DNA of 64,000 bases from positions 1,472,001 through 1,536,000 of the forward strand of contig OY760907.1 of assembly GCA_963664195.1 (NCBI GenBank). The letters run 5' to 3'. The translations under genes were made by a program, and so were the position numbers. The notes under the pieces were generated by a model. That model searched no databases and was not told where the DNA came from. It saw nothing but the letters and a program-made list of their open reading frames with translations. The stretch comes from an uncultured candidate division Zixibacteria bacterium. Lineage in GTDB: Bacteria; Zixibacteria; MSB-5A5; GN15; FEB-12. The stretch's first letter is position 1. The number at the start of each line of letters is the position of its first letter. Of the stretch, positions 40,201-49,199 are shown one piece after another.

Positions 40201-40351
40201 CCATTGCTGTGTCACTTGACGTAAGTTGAAAGACCAGCGAGTCGTCGATAGGGGGCGTCAGCGCCGACGCCGGCGTGTAGCCTATCATCAGAAGGGCTAC
40301 AGTGAGTACCGCTAGGACAAAGCCCGAGCGTAATAAATTCTTAACAAACAT
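37244..40351 (-). CDS. Secreted multi-cohesin-like (scaffoldin-like) protein with T9SS-type C-terminal sorting domain
   Basis: RBS GGAGG; signal peptide; repeated V.VPV.L...I.YD..KL.Y modules; QNYPNPFNPTT...VASGVYLY...KKMLLMK tail. Confidence 0.8.
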   Translation of the reverse strand: MFVKNLLRSGFVLAVLTVALLMIGYTPASALTPPIDDSLVFQLTSSDTAMAPEAIPAGDGDTLIVVQFGIARGGSTRMMEFIEGSVAYDTDEVTLIGVEVDTAVWPYDFKDTVITEGDDTHTRLTFTDTSGTGVGTSDTPETFATLTFKVNCGGEAGTSPITFLGGAGENNRVLYVGLPTGHYPGSTANTVAAKTLYEATYSIHNAIFTGCIGDTVDVPVYLESNARSYSGCMKINFQSSKLEYVGYIDGDYPISGVTNWGDTTLGADYQNMTGMPAFTTEDTLFTLQFVLQPDMWGDTTGLDFVESVQHPFFPRCDGPKSVTWNNGTISSGDFAPPADDYLTFALESDTAMPPVVCPDDDTLLVIPFRIKKTNAGPGSVVESAKAYIAYDSDKLTLVSTAADESVWPYSFGDTTVSEGDTTFVVLSFDAPPDSGILLTSSYQTFGNLTFKLNCVANGDSAYVDFGDGYDRNWIDFGGDSAFAPGTFESTFAHSELWVASLTIPHDTITVSAGDTVRVPVSLKSNFRAYWYEVWIDHDTAKLEYLSCDLPAAEYGWLGVGAYTRSDTAIVMNLTTNFSIDSIYYPAHLDEDVLYTVNFLAKCDLWNDSTLLSFMDTTFCVTKCMQADVADSLVDGSITDEPAAKYLAEFSGDPVGKLDVMTWDILLSSTFSAGDATTSHGDTGVVVNVNLHDSTEYEGYSSLNDSLSFAYRMLNFRNVSLIQIADSSLGNNVGPGDTQDMVQLEVELIGDISTTPTWSAPYILDVPEFVVSNAASLTDARVTDAQCDGTADSASGMLTWSPFDTAIAAVCQFYNTSDITYKPKTETIEIWVRSNVDAGAFEVKVTVDTNNYLSVVSTETGVSDSAVGRRAVLLSTGMGFAGCAKDGSVKLAEVRLTQRVMLLGAYAYLTYSDMEGTKSAAGHHEMYTDYSVGAVRFDCGFWKPESDGLPTVFALSQNYPNPFNPTTVISLALPEASDWSIEIFNILGQRVERFEGSSEPGTVEVQWDGSQVASGVYLYRATAGEFRETKKMLLMK

Positions 40352-40807
40352 TAGACATCCTCCATGTGACAATTCAGGTTCCGAAAAAACAAGTGCCAAA
40401 AGTAATCAGGTGGATGCAATCGTATCTACCCTTCGGTCATTACCTCCTTTCCTGTGCCTGTCTGTGGAGAGAAAACTCCGCAACCCTACTAGGTGTAGTG
40501 CCTATCTCCGAAACCGCTAATCCCCGCTGCCATGAGGCGGGAAATGTGTCTCAGAGAACGATAGTGCCTTGGATGATTCTGTATGAGATTCTGTCAGCGA
40601 CTGCTATGTCGCGTTATGGATAGTGCACGCGGATTTGCCTCCCAGTTGTCAGCCCCACACAAAAAAGATACCCTTGTCGTCAACGCGATGCAACGGAAAA
40701 GATTTCCGTTTAGCCTAGGATCGTGTTTCATTTCATGCTTGCGTATTTTCTTCAAACCAGAGAACATGAACCGACACGTTTTTGCTACAATTCATAAGGA
40801 ACAGATC

Positions 40808-41143
40808 ATGACATTTCTATACTTGAATTCAGATCAGATGGGGGACGGTGACCCGGAACTCGGCCGGAAACTGATGAAAGGATTCCTGATGCATGTCGTC
40901 AAATCCGGAGTGAAGATTGACATGGTGGGGTGTGTGAACTCCGGTATCAACCTGACGACCGAGGGCAGCGATGTGCTCGACAGTCTCAAGGCGCTCGAAG
41001 AGCAGGGGGCACAGATTGCCTCGTGTGGCACCTGCCTGGATCATTACGGAAAGAAAGAGCAGCTTCGGATAGGCGTGGTCGGCTCAATGGATATGACGGT
41101 TGCCGTTATGGCCGAGGCTGATCGGGTAATTCGGCCGAACTGA
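40808..41143 (+). CDS. DsrE/YedF-like sulfur/selenium relay protein
   Basis: MGDGDPELGRKLM, NSGI.L, SCGTCLDHY. Confidence 0.8.
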   Translation: MTFLYLNSDQMGDGDPELGRKLMKGFLMHVVKSGVKIDMVGCVNSGINLTTEGSDVLDSLKALEEQGAQIASCGTCLDHYGKKEQLRIGVVGSMDMTVAVMAEADRVIRPN

Positions 41144-41400
41144 CGGAAGATGCGGGCAATAGAGCAGGGCAGGCTTGAACGGGGAGCTGTGTCGATATAC
41201 GGCAGGCTGGGGGAGACGACACGCCGATTCGTCGGGTTTCTGCCGCCCACGATGATGCGAATGGCAGGCGGCCCCGGCACGCGGCCCCGGCCTTTTTTTC
41301 TTTGAATCTACCGACCGGAATCGCGTTATTCCGGTTACTGTCGGTCTGTGCTCGAAGATCAAGATGCCGGAACCGCGTATGACGGCAAGAGGAGGTCTCG

Positions 41401-42483
41401 ATGGCGAAACGTTCCAGGAGAACGTCCAAGAAGGCAGGACTGATGCCGGGCAGCGTCGTCTATGTCGGCAAGGAGCGGGAGGGTGAAGCACGGCTGGAGG
41501 TCCTCGATTATACTGACTCCACGCACAAAGAAATCCATGCTGCGAATCTTGAGGAGTGCTTTCCTTTCAGAGACAGCCCGAGTATGAGTTGGATAAACCT
41601 GAGCGGCATTCATGACACGGCCGTGATTGAGAAACTCGGAGCGCATTTCGGGCTGCATCCCCTGGCCCTTGAGGATATCGTCAACGCCGGTCATCGACCA
41701 AAAATCGAGGATGTCGGCGAGCACATCATGGTTGTCGTGAAGTCGCTTCAGGCCGATGCTGAAACGGGTTTGCTGAAAGTGCGACAGGTTAGTGTGGTAT
41801 TCGGCCACAACTGGGTGCTCAGTTTTCAGGAATCAGGTTCGGATGCTTTTGCGGCTGTGCGGCAACGGATTCTTAAGACGATTCCGCGAGTGCGCTTTTT
41901 GACGTCCGATTATCTTGCTTATGCACTGATTGATTCTGTTGTCGATCATTACTTCGTCACTCTCGAAGAGATCAGCGACGTTATTGAAGCTGTAGACGAC
42001 AAATTGTCCGCAGGAGCTGTGCCGGAGAACCTCCATACGATTCGTGACCTGAAGCAGCAAATGATCCTACTGCGCAAGGCGGTTTGGCCGTTACGGGAAA
42101 TCGTGGCCGGATTGGAAAGGACCGACTCCGATCTCGTCAAGGAATCGACTTCACCCTATCTCAGAGATCTCTATGAGCACGCCATACAGGTAGTGGACAC
42201 GGCAGAGACGTACAGGGATATGACCAACAATCTTCTCGATCTGTACCACACGCGTGTCAGCAATCGGATGAACGAGATCATGCAGGTGTTGACAATCATA
42301 GCGACGATTTTCATCCCCCTCGGATTCCTTGCCGGGGTGTACGGGATGAACTTTGATACGACGGCCAGTTCATTCAACCTTCCGGAATTGGGTCTGCCGT
42401 ACGGTTATCTTGGATTCTGGGGGATTGTTATCGCGGTAGCAGCCGGGATGCTTGTGTTCTTTCGAAAGAACAAGTGGTTGTAG
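41401..42483 (+). CDS. corA: Magnesium/cobalt transporter CorA
   Basis: LHPLALEDI, RPK, YGMNF signature, two C-terminal TM helices. Confidence 0.95.
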   Translation: MAKRSRRTSKKAGLMPGSVVYVGKEREGEARLEVLDYTDSTHKEIHAANLEECFPFRDSPSMSWINLSGIHDTAVIEKLGAHFGLHPLALEDIVNAGHRPKIEDVGEHIMVVVKSLQADAETGLLKVRQVSVVFGHNWVLSFQESGSDAFAAVRQRILKTIPRVRFLTSDYLAYALIDSVVDHYFVTLEEISDVIEAVDDKLSAGAVPENLHTIRDLKQQMILLRKAVWPLREIVAGLERTDSDLVKESTSPYLRDLYEHAIQVVDTAETYRDMTNNLLDLYHTRVSNRMNEIMQVLTIIATIFIPLGFLAGVYGMNFDTTASSFNLPELGLPYGYLGFWGIVIAVAAGMLVFFRKNKWL

Positions 42484-42531
42484 GGGGTTGTTCCGTTAAG
42501 TAGTGAGACAAGGACTATCCGGGAGACAGTT

Positions 42532-43431
42532 ATGGATATGCACGAGATGTGGAGCAAAGCAGTTGACTGGTTTAGCACGAGCGGCTTCCAGGTGTTGGTC
42601 ATTCTTATTTTCACCTCCGGTATGTTGATTTCGGTGCGGCTGGTCGGTGGCCGGTTGATCGCATCCTACAAGAAACGACAGGAAGACGGGGAATCACAGA
42701 AGCGTGCGGAAACGCTCGGTGCCATGTTGCGCTACGTGATCAGTATCGTTGTCCTGTCCCTCGGGTTGATGTTGCTACTGGAGCAATTCGGCATACAGCT
42801 TGGCCCACTACTGGCGGCAGCAGGTGTGGCAGGTATCGCTATCGGGTTTGGTGCACAGCATCTTGTGTCCGATGTTATCCGCGGTTTCTTTATTATGATG
42901 AACAATGAAATACGTGTTGGCGACGTCGTTGAAGTGGCCGGCAAGTCGGGTGTGGTTGAGAGTATCAATCTGAGAATCACGGTGCTGCGGGACCTCTCAG
43001 GCAACGTACACTATGTTCCAAACGGCAAGATCGACATCGTGACGAACATGACCGTGGAGTACTCCCGGTGTACGATAGACATTGGGGTATCTTATCGTGA
43101 AAGTGTTGACGAAGTCATTGAGGTAATGCGCGAGGTTGACCAGGATCTGCGTGCGGATGAGATATTCGGCAAGGTCATCCTGGAACCTATCGAGATCCTC
43201 GGTCTGGAACGATTCGATGATTCGGCAGTAGTTGTCAGAGCGCGTTATACTACCAAACCGATTAAGCAATGGAACGTGAAACGAGAGTTCAATCGACGAT
43301 TGAAGATAGCCTTCGATAGTCGCGGTATCGAGATCCCCTTCCCACACCTGACGCTGTATATAGGGCAGGACAAAGATGGCAAGGCTGCGGCGTTGAAAGT
43401 GATGAACGAATCTCCCCCGAGAGATGTCTGA
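42532..43431 (+). CDS. Small-conductance mechanosensitive channel (MscS/YbiO family)
   Basis: AGVAGIAIGFGAQ, VGDVV, VPNG, GIEIPFP. Confidence 0.93.
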   Translation: MDMHEMWSKAVDWFSTSGFQVLVILIFTSGMLISVRLVGGRLIASYKKRQEDGESQKRAETLGAMLRYVISIVVLSLGLMLLLEQFGIQLGPLLAAAGVAGIAIGFGAQHLVSDVIRGFFIMMNNEIRVGDVVEVAGKSGVVESINLRITVLRDLSGNVHYVPNGKIDIVTNMTVEYSRCTIDIGVSYRESVDEVIEVMREVDQDLRADEIFGKVILEPIEILGLERFDDSAVVVRARYTTKPIKQWNVKREFNRRLKIAFDSRGIEIPFPHLTLYIGQDKDGKAAALKVMNESPPRDV

Positions 43432-43928
43432 TGGCCGGGATTGAAATCGCGTTGTTCATACTGGCTCTGCTGATCATGATCACCGGGTTGGCGGGGACGA
43501 TTCTTCCCGCGGTGCCGGGAGTGCCGTTGGTGTTTGCGACGGCGTTGCTGTTTGCGTGGCTGACCAATTTCAATTATGTCGACGGTCGCACGATTGGCAT
43601 ATTCGCGATTATCACCGGTGTGTCTCTGGTGCTCGACTGGGCTGCGACAACGTTTGGCGTCAAGAAGATGGGCGGCTCCTGGGCGGGGGTGGTCGGCGCA
43701 TTCATCGGGATGATCGTCGGTCTACTGATTCCGGGCGCGGGGATTGTCGGATTTATCGTAGGGGCGTTTGTGGGTGCGGTCGGGGGAGAGCTGCTTATCG
43801 GGAAACCTTCGCACACAGCTTTGAAGGCGGGCACCGGGAGTTTCATCGGGTTCGTTTTGGGCGGAGTCTTGAAGTTTGCCCTGGCGTGTGTGATGATCGG
43901 CTGGTTCTTCTGGGAGGTGGTGAGGTAG
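43431..43928 (+). CDS. DUF456-family membrane protein
   Basis: GTILPAVPG, KKMGGS, Gly-rich TM helices. Confidence 0.8.
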   Translation: MAGIEIALFILALLIMITGLAGTILPAVPGVPLVFATALLFAWLTNFNYVDGRTIGIFAIITGVSLVLDWAATTFGVKKMGGSWAGVVGAFIGMIVGLLIPGAGIVGFIVGAFVGAVGGELLIGKPSHTALKAGTGSFIGFVLGGVLKFALACVMIGWFFWEVVR

Positions 43929-43967
43929 GCGCTCCAGTTGGGGGGGAACTGAGTAGGTAGAAGGAAT

Positions 43968-45086
43968 ATGATGGTGATACCGGAAGATTTCATAAGTGGT
44001 CTGGATCTCTGCGAGGAGTTCTATTTTCGATACGTCAAACCGATTCTGCACGAAGACTTCCCTCGCTTGGAGTATAGCTGCGGTCTGCTCGGGCCCGGAT
44101 CAGACGTCCTTGGGTTCGACGACGTACTCTCGCAAGATCATGATTGGGGACCGCGACTGATTCTGTTTCTAAGAGCTGACGATCACAAGACTCTTTCCCC
44201 GTCAATTGACCGATCGCTAAGACAGAAGCTTCCCGCCGATTGTCTCGGATACTCGACCAGTTTTGGCGAACCTGATCCGATCGGCGTGAGACTGATGAAG
44301 CCTGCTCCCGCCGGCGAGATCAACCACAGGATCGAGCTTGCCACTATCAGCGGCTTCTTTGATTACAATCTGGGTGTGGATATGTGCAAGGACTTGAGTG
44401 CCGTCGACTGGTTGAGCTTTCCTCAGCAAGTGTTACTGTCGATCAAGTCCGGGAGAATCTTCAACGACAATCTGGGATTGTACGACATCAGAGGCAAGCT
44501 CAACTATTACCCGCACGATATCTGGCTCTATATGATGGCATCTTCCTGGCAGCGTATAGGGCAGGAGGAACACTTGGCGGGTCGTGCGATGCTGACCGGT
44601 CAAGAGGTTGGTTTCTCGATACTCGCTTCGGGCTTGATGAGAGACATCATGCGGTTGGGGTTCCTTCTGGAGAGGAAGTATGCGCCATACTCTAAATGGT
44701 TAGAGAGAGCTTTCAAGCAACTCACTTGTAGCGCGACGCTGATGCCGTTTCTGGAGGGGGCTGCGAAATCCGCCGACATCGGAGAGCGACAGGCAAGCCT
44801 TTGTCGGGCGTTTGAGGTCCTCGCATCGATGCACAGCGGTCTGCGCATATCCGAACCTGTAGATTCGACGTGTCGGGAATTCTACGGCCGAGGCTTTCAG
44901 GTGATTGACGGAGGCCGGATTGCCACCGTGCTCGCAGATACTATAGAGAGCAGCGATATCCGTGCGATTGCTGAAAGAGGTCTCGTCGGAAACATCGATC
45001 AGATATCGGACAACACCGACGTTCTTGAGGACCGGTCAATGAGAAGAAAGCTGATCGAGGGACTCGTTCCTACCCCTCAACCTTGA
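43968..45086 (+). CDS. DUF4037-domain (nucleotidyltransferase-like) protein
   Basis: GPGSDVLGFDD..SQDHDWGP, YYPHDIW, YAPYSKW. Confidence 0.8.
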   Translation: MMVIPEDFISGLDLCEEFYFRYVKPILHEDFPRLEYSCGLLGPGSDVLGFDDVLSQDHDWGPRLILFLRADDHKTLSPSIDRSLRQKLPADCLGYSTSFGEPDPIGVRLMKPAPAGEINHRIELATISGFFDYNLGVDMCKDLSAVDWLSFPQQVLLSIKSGRIFNDNLGLYDIRGKLNYYPHDIWLYMMASSWQRIGQEEHLAGRAMLTGQEVGFSILASGLMRDIMRLGFLLERKYAPYSKWLERAFKQLTCSATLMPFLEGAAKSADIGERQASLCRAFEVLASMHSGLRISEPVDSTCREFYGRGFQVIDGGRIATVLADTIESSDIRAIAERGLVGNIDQISDNTDVLEDRSMRRKLIEGLVPTPQP

Positions 45087-47274
45087 TCCGTTTGTCCTCC
45101 GGCGTGATCACCTTGCCGATCTTCACGGCGTTGTAAACGCCCTTTTCCAGAAGCGTATTCAGTAAGGCCTCAGCCTTGTTGCCGGGGAGCGAAATCAACA
45201 GACCGCCGGAAGTCTGAGCGTCGTTGAGAATCAAACGACGTGTCTTCGATATCGAATCAGCATACTCAACCTGAGCGGCCGTGTGATCGTGGTTGTCCTG
45301 CGTACCGCCGGGAATGACACCCGAAGTCGCTAGCTCTGTCACACCGGACAAGAGCGGCACAGCGTTGACGTTGATCACGGCTGTCGTGCCCGAACCGTTC
45401 ATCATCTCCAGCAAGTGTCCGAGCAGGCCGAATCCGGTTATGTCAGTCGCAGCGTTAACTCCGACCTGTTGCATTGCCTCGGCGGCATCCTTGTTGAGGG
45501 CTGCCATCGTTTCGGTGAGCAGTGTTTTCTGCGTGTCATTGAGATGTCCACGTTTGAGTGCCGTCGAGAGAATGCCGGTGCCAATTGGTTTCGTAAGGAT
45601 GAGGGCGTCGCCGGGTTTGGCGTTTCGATTTGTGACGATCTTGTCGGGCGATGCAATGCCGGAGACGGCCATGCCGAATTTAGGCTCGGTGTCGTCGACT
45701 GTGTGGCCGCCGATTATTGAGATGCCCGCTTCTTCGGCTTTGGCCTGTGCGCCGCGAAGGATTTCCTCCAGTACGGTAATCGGCAAACGGTTGCTTGGGA
45801 ATCCCACGACGTTAAGTGCAAACAATGGCGTGCCGCCCATAGCGTAAATGTCACTCAGCGAGTTGGCGGCGGCAATGGCGCCGAACTGATACGGGTCATC
45901 GACTATCGGCGTGAAGAAATCGACCGTGCTGATAACTGCCGTGTCATCGTTGAGGCGATAGACTGCCGCGTCATCGGCTGTGTCGGTTCCCACCATGATA
46001 TTGGCGTCGGTCGGTGTTGGCAGCTTCTTCAGAACGGATTCGAGAACCTGCGGGCGAAGCTTGCACGCGCAGCCGAGGCCGTGAGTGTATTTCGTTAGCT
46101 TGATGTCCCCGGTGTCCTCGATGGCGACTTCGGTTGCCTCCGACGGTTGCATTCTGCTGACCACATCGGTGATCTCTTGGAGTGCGCGGTCGATTTCGTC
46201 GACGGTTGTGAAACGTCCTACGGAGAAGCGAAGAGTTCCCATTGCGTATTCCAGGGGCACTTCCATAGCTTCGAGAACCGCAGAAACTTCAACACCGTCG
46301 GAGTGACAGGCGGCACCCGCCGAGGCAGCGATGCCAGTCATCTCATCAAGGATGGTGTTTGCTTCGAGTCCGCAGAAGCTGACGCTGGCCGTGTTTGGCA
46401 GTCTGTTGTCCGGGTGGCCGTTACGCCTGAGGTCGGGGAAGCGTTTTCTGAGGCCGTCCTCCAATCTGTCGCGCATCTTCTTGAGGTGTGAGAAGTGGGC
46501 GTCGGGTCCCTTGCTCACCAGTTCACACGCTTTTCCAAGGCCGACAATTTCCAGAACATTTTCAGTTCCTGCCCGCCAGTTCATTTCGTGGTCGGCACCG
46601 TGGACGAGCTTTTCGAGCTTCACGCCGGTGCGCACGTATAGCGCGCCGATGCCTTTCGGGGCGTACAGTTTGTGTCCGGCAACCGAGAGCAGGTCAACTT
46701 TCAGATCATCGATATGAACCGGGATCTTGCCAACGGCCTGGGCGCAATCGGTGTGGACGAGGATGTCATGCCTGTGGGCAATATCGGCGATTTCTGCGAT
46801 TGGTTCGATTGTGCCGACCTCGTTGTTGGCCAGCATGATGGTGATGAGAATCGTTTGCGGTGTGATAGCCGCCTCGACATCGGCGGGCTTTACAAGACCG
46901 AATTGATCGACCGGGAGATAAGTGACCTTGCAGCCCTTGCTTTCGAGATAGCGGCAAACCTCGATAACGGCCGGGTGTTCGACCGAGGACGTAATGATGT
47001 GGTTGCCTTCCTCCCGATACGCGCGGGCGGTACCCTTGATGGCGTAGTTGTTGGATTCGGTGCCGCCGGAAGTGAAAATCAGTTCGTCCGCCTGACAGTG
47101 AAGCATGTCGGCAACCTGGTGGCGTGCGTTTTCGACTGCCTTCCTGGTGGTGACTCCAAGGGCGTGGCCGCTGGACGGATTGCCGAAGTGTTCGTGGATA
47201 AACGGCAGCATGGCTTCGCCGACGCGGGGATCGATCGGAGTAGTAGCATTGTAATCGAGATATATAAGGCTCAT
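45070..47274 (-). CDS. selD: NifS-type cysteine desulfurase/selenocysteine lyase fused to selenophosphate synthetase SelD
   Basis: IYLDYNATTP, FTSGGTES, AGHKLYAPKG, SAGAACH; then HGLGCACKL, DDAAV, VDFFTP, NSLSDIYAMGG, GGHT, TDITGFGLLGH, DAQTSGGLL. Confidence 0.93.
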   Translation of the reverse strand: MSLIYLDYNATTPIDPRVGEAMLPFIHEHFGNPSSGHALGVTTRKAVENARHQVADMLHCQADELIFTSGGTESNNYAIKGTARAYREEGNHIITSSVEHPAVIEVCRYLESKGCKVTYLPVDQFGLVKPADVEAAITPQTILITIMLANNEVGTIEPIAEIADIAHRHDILVHTDCAQAVGKIPVHIDDLKVDLLSVAGHKLYAPKGIGALYVRTGVKLEKLVHGADHEMNWRAGTENVLEIVGLGKACELVSKGPDAHFSHLKKMRDRLEDGLRKRFPDLRRNGHPDNRLPNTASVSFCGLEANTILDEMTGIAASAGAACHSDGVEVSAVLEAMEVPLEYAMGTLRFSVGRFTTVDEIDRALQEITDVVSRMQPSEATEVAIEDTGDIKLTKYTHGLGCACKLRPQVLESVLKKLPTPTDANIMVGTDTADDAAVYRLNDDTAVISTVDFFTPIVDDPYQFGAIAAANSLSDIYAMGGTPLFALNVVGFPSNRLPITVLEEILRGAQAKAEEAGISIIGGHTVDDTEPKFGMAVSGIASPDKIVTNRNAKPGDALILTKPIGTGILSTALKRGHLNDTQKTLLTETMAALNKDAAEAMQQVGVNAATDITGFGLLGHLLEMMNGSGTTAVINVNAVPLLSGVTELATSGVIPGGTQDNHDHTAAQVEYADSISKTRRLILNDAQTSGGLLISLPGNKAEALLNTLLEKGVYNAVKIGKVITPEDKRIKVEG

Positions 47275-47457
47275 ATCAAGGCTCCCGGGCTGGTTTCTGA
47301 ATCTCAGGTACCTGCATGATCGTCATTTGCGCGCAAGTCTACAAACGGAAAAAGTGAAAAACAGCTCGCGAAGAAGGTTAGGAACCAATGCTGAACAGTC
47401 GAGGTTAATCAATATGGGGTAAGATTACTATGAATTTCTCAGGACGGAGGTGAGACA

Positions 47458-47742
47458 ATGGCTTCCTTCATTATGGCAATGACCATTAATCCGACTGCCA
47501 AGAAGACCAGTACGGATCTCTCGGGGCGAATCGATGAATCTCTGAACGTGTTCATCACGCGAGGCGCCAAGGTGCAGAAACTGTATGCCACTATGGGGCG
47601 ATACGACTGTCTGGCGGCTTTTGACGCTGAGGACCACAAAGCGGCGTTTAAGATCGCTTCGGAGATCACGTCGATGGGGACTCTGGAGACGGAGACCTGG
47701 CCGGTGATTCCGTTCGAGGAGTTTTCTGAAATGCTCGGATAA
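47458..47742 (+). CDS. GYD-domain protein
   Basis: TMGRYD motif; 94 aa; RBS GGAGG. Confidence 0.8.
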   Translation: MASFIMAMTINPTAKKTSTDLSGRIDESLNVFITRGAKVQKLYATMGRYDCLAAFDAEDHKAAFKIASEITSMGTLETETWPVIPFEEFSEMLG

Positions 47743-48009
47743 GCGGTGTTGAAGCGTTTGTCGGAGTTAGAAAAATCAACCCCCCGGGATATCTTCCGGG
47801 GGGCCTACGCATATTTGATTAATGTTGTCTGCAAAGATACCGTCGATTCGGCCACCTAAGGTGGCGGGCTCGTACATTACGATTACCACCCTCAAGCAGC
47901 ACCTTTGCTCATAGGTTATAGCGTATTCGGGCGTGTTTTCGGCAACTTTTTTTTTATCGGCAGACAAGGCTCGCCTTGATAGTGCTGTAACCGTCTGTCC
48001 TCCAGAACC

Positions 48010-48822
48010 TTATTCGACAAGTCGAATAGTCGAGCCGCGCACCTCCACCAAGCCCTCACGGGCCAAGTTCTCGGCAGCCTTCTGAACATCTTCCTTCGTA
48101 CGTTCCATTGATTCGGCTATGGTGTTGACACGCACAGACTTGCGCACAGTCAGGTGGCGGATAATCTCGCCCCGAATCTGGCGTATTGATCCCTGGAATC
48201 TGGACTGTTTCGTTGTCGGGGGGATTGCCACGAGCCGTTTCGGTAGGGCCAGCGACGAGTAGTCCATCAGGGCGTAGTGCCAGTTGCGAGAATCACGACG
48301 GGGGAGAAGCTGTTCGGCGATGTCTTCGATTTCAGACGCCGAAGTCGAGGGCGGCAGGTCAAGTTCGTGCAGGATCACCCGCCTGATATTGGTGTCTGCC
48401 GTCACCAGCGGGCGATTGTAAGCGAAAATCAAGATCGCACGTGAGGTGTACCTGCCGATTCCGGGAAGTCTGATCAACTCTGCCGGATCATCAGGCAGCC
48501 TGCCGCTATACTCCTCGACTACCGTTTGAGCGATCTGCCCGAGATACAGCGCCCGCCGGTTGTAGCCAAGTCCGGACCACATTGCCAGAAGCTCCTGTTT
48601 TGTGGCACCGGCCAGCGACTGCCAGTCGGGCCATTTTACTACCCAGGCCTCGTATTTGGGTACTACCCGGTCCACCTGGGTCTGCTGAAGCATTATCTCT
48701 GAGACGGTGATGCAATAGGGATCGGTAGTTTGGCGAAACGGGAGTACACGGCCGTGTCTCTTGTAGAACCGACGGATCTTGCGCCGGAAAGAAGTTGCTC
48801 TCTTTCTGTCGATTGTGCTCAT
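48010..48822 (-). CDS. MutY-like HhH-GPD adenine glycosylase lacking the Fe-S motif
   Basis: VSEIMLQQT, WSGLGYNRRA, LPGIGRYT, DTNIRRV; no Cys4 cluster motif. Confidence 0.85.
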   Translation of the reverse strand: MSTIDRKRATSFRRKIRRFYKRHGRVLPFRQTTDPYCITVSEIMLQQTQVDRVVPKYEAWVVKWPDWQSLAGATKQELLAMWSGLGYNRRALYLGQIAQTVVEEYSGRLPDDPAELIRLPGIGRYTSRAILIFAYNRPLVTADTNIRRVILHELDLPPSTSASEIEDIAEQLLPRRDSRNWHYALMDYSSLALPKRLVAIPPTTKQSRFQGSIRQIRGEIIRHLTVRKSVRVNTIAESMERTKEDVQKAAENLAREGLVEVRGSTIRLVE

Positions 48823-49199
48823 CAGGGGAGAACATACGGAAATGCGAATCGCGGGGCAATGCGGAATGAAACACATGACGGAGCGATCAGAAACAGAGAT
48901 TGGCGATTGCAGGTTCGCGGGGGCTGCCCTATAAGCAGATCGAAACCCAACGCAGCGAGCGACCTACAATGTCCGTAAGTAGTTGTGAAGTCTGCGTTGC
49001 GGCATATGTCCTATTACTCCCCGTGAGCGGCACATGACAATGTGCCCTCGCCTCACGACTTCTGAGCCCCCCCGCACACTTCTATCGACTGACGGCGGGT
49101 GATGAGGTCACAACCAGGAAGATGATGCTGCTGAAATAAGATGTGCAGGTTACACTCTGCCGTTTGACTATCGAACGGCAGGGTGGTATCTTCTCACCT

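Noticed and set aside
40384..40398. Minus-strand TGGCAC upstream of the cohesin-repeat gene as a sigma54 promoter
   Set aside because: The -12 element reads TTTT rather than TTGC.
46040..46100. Possible selenocysteine (UGA) in the SelD active site, or selenoproteins nearby
   Set aside because: The motif is encoded with Cys codons (GCACK); I saw no convincing in-frame UGA readthrough or tRNA-Sec in the window.
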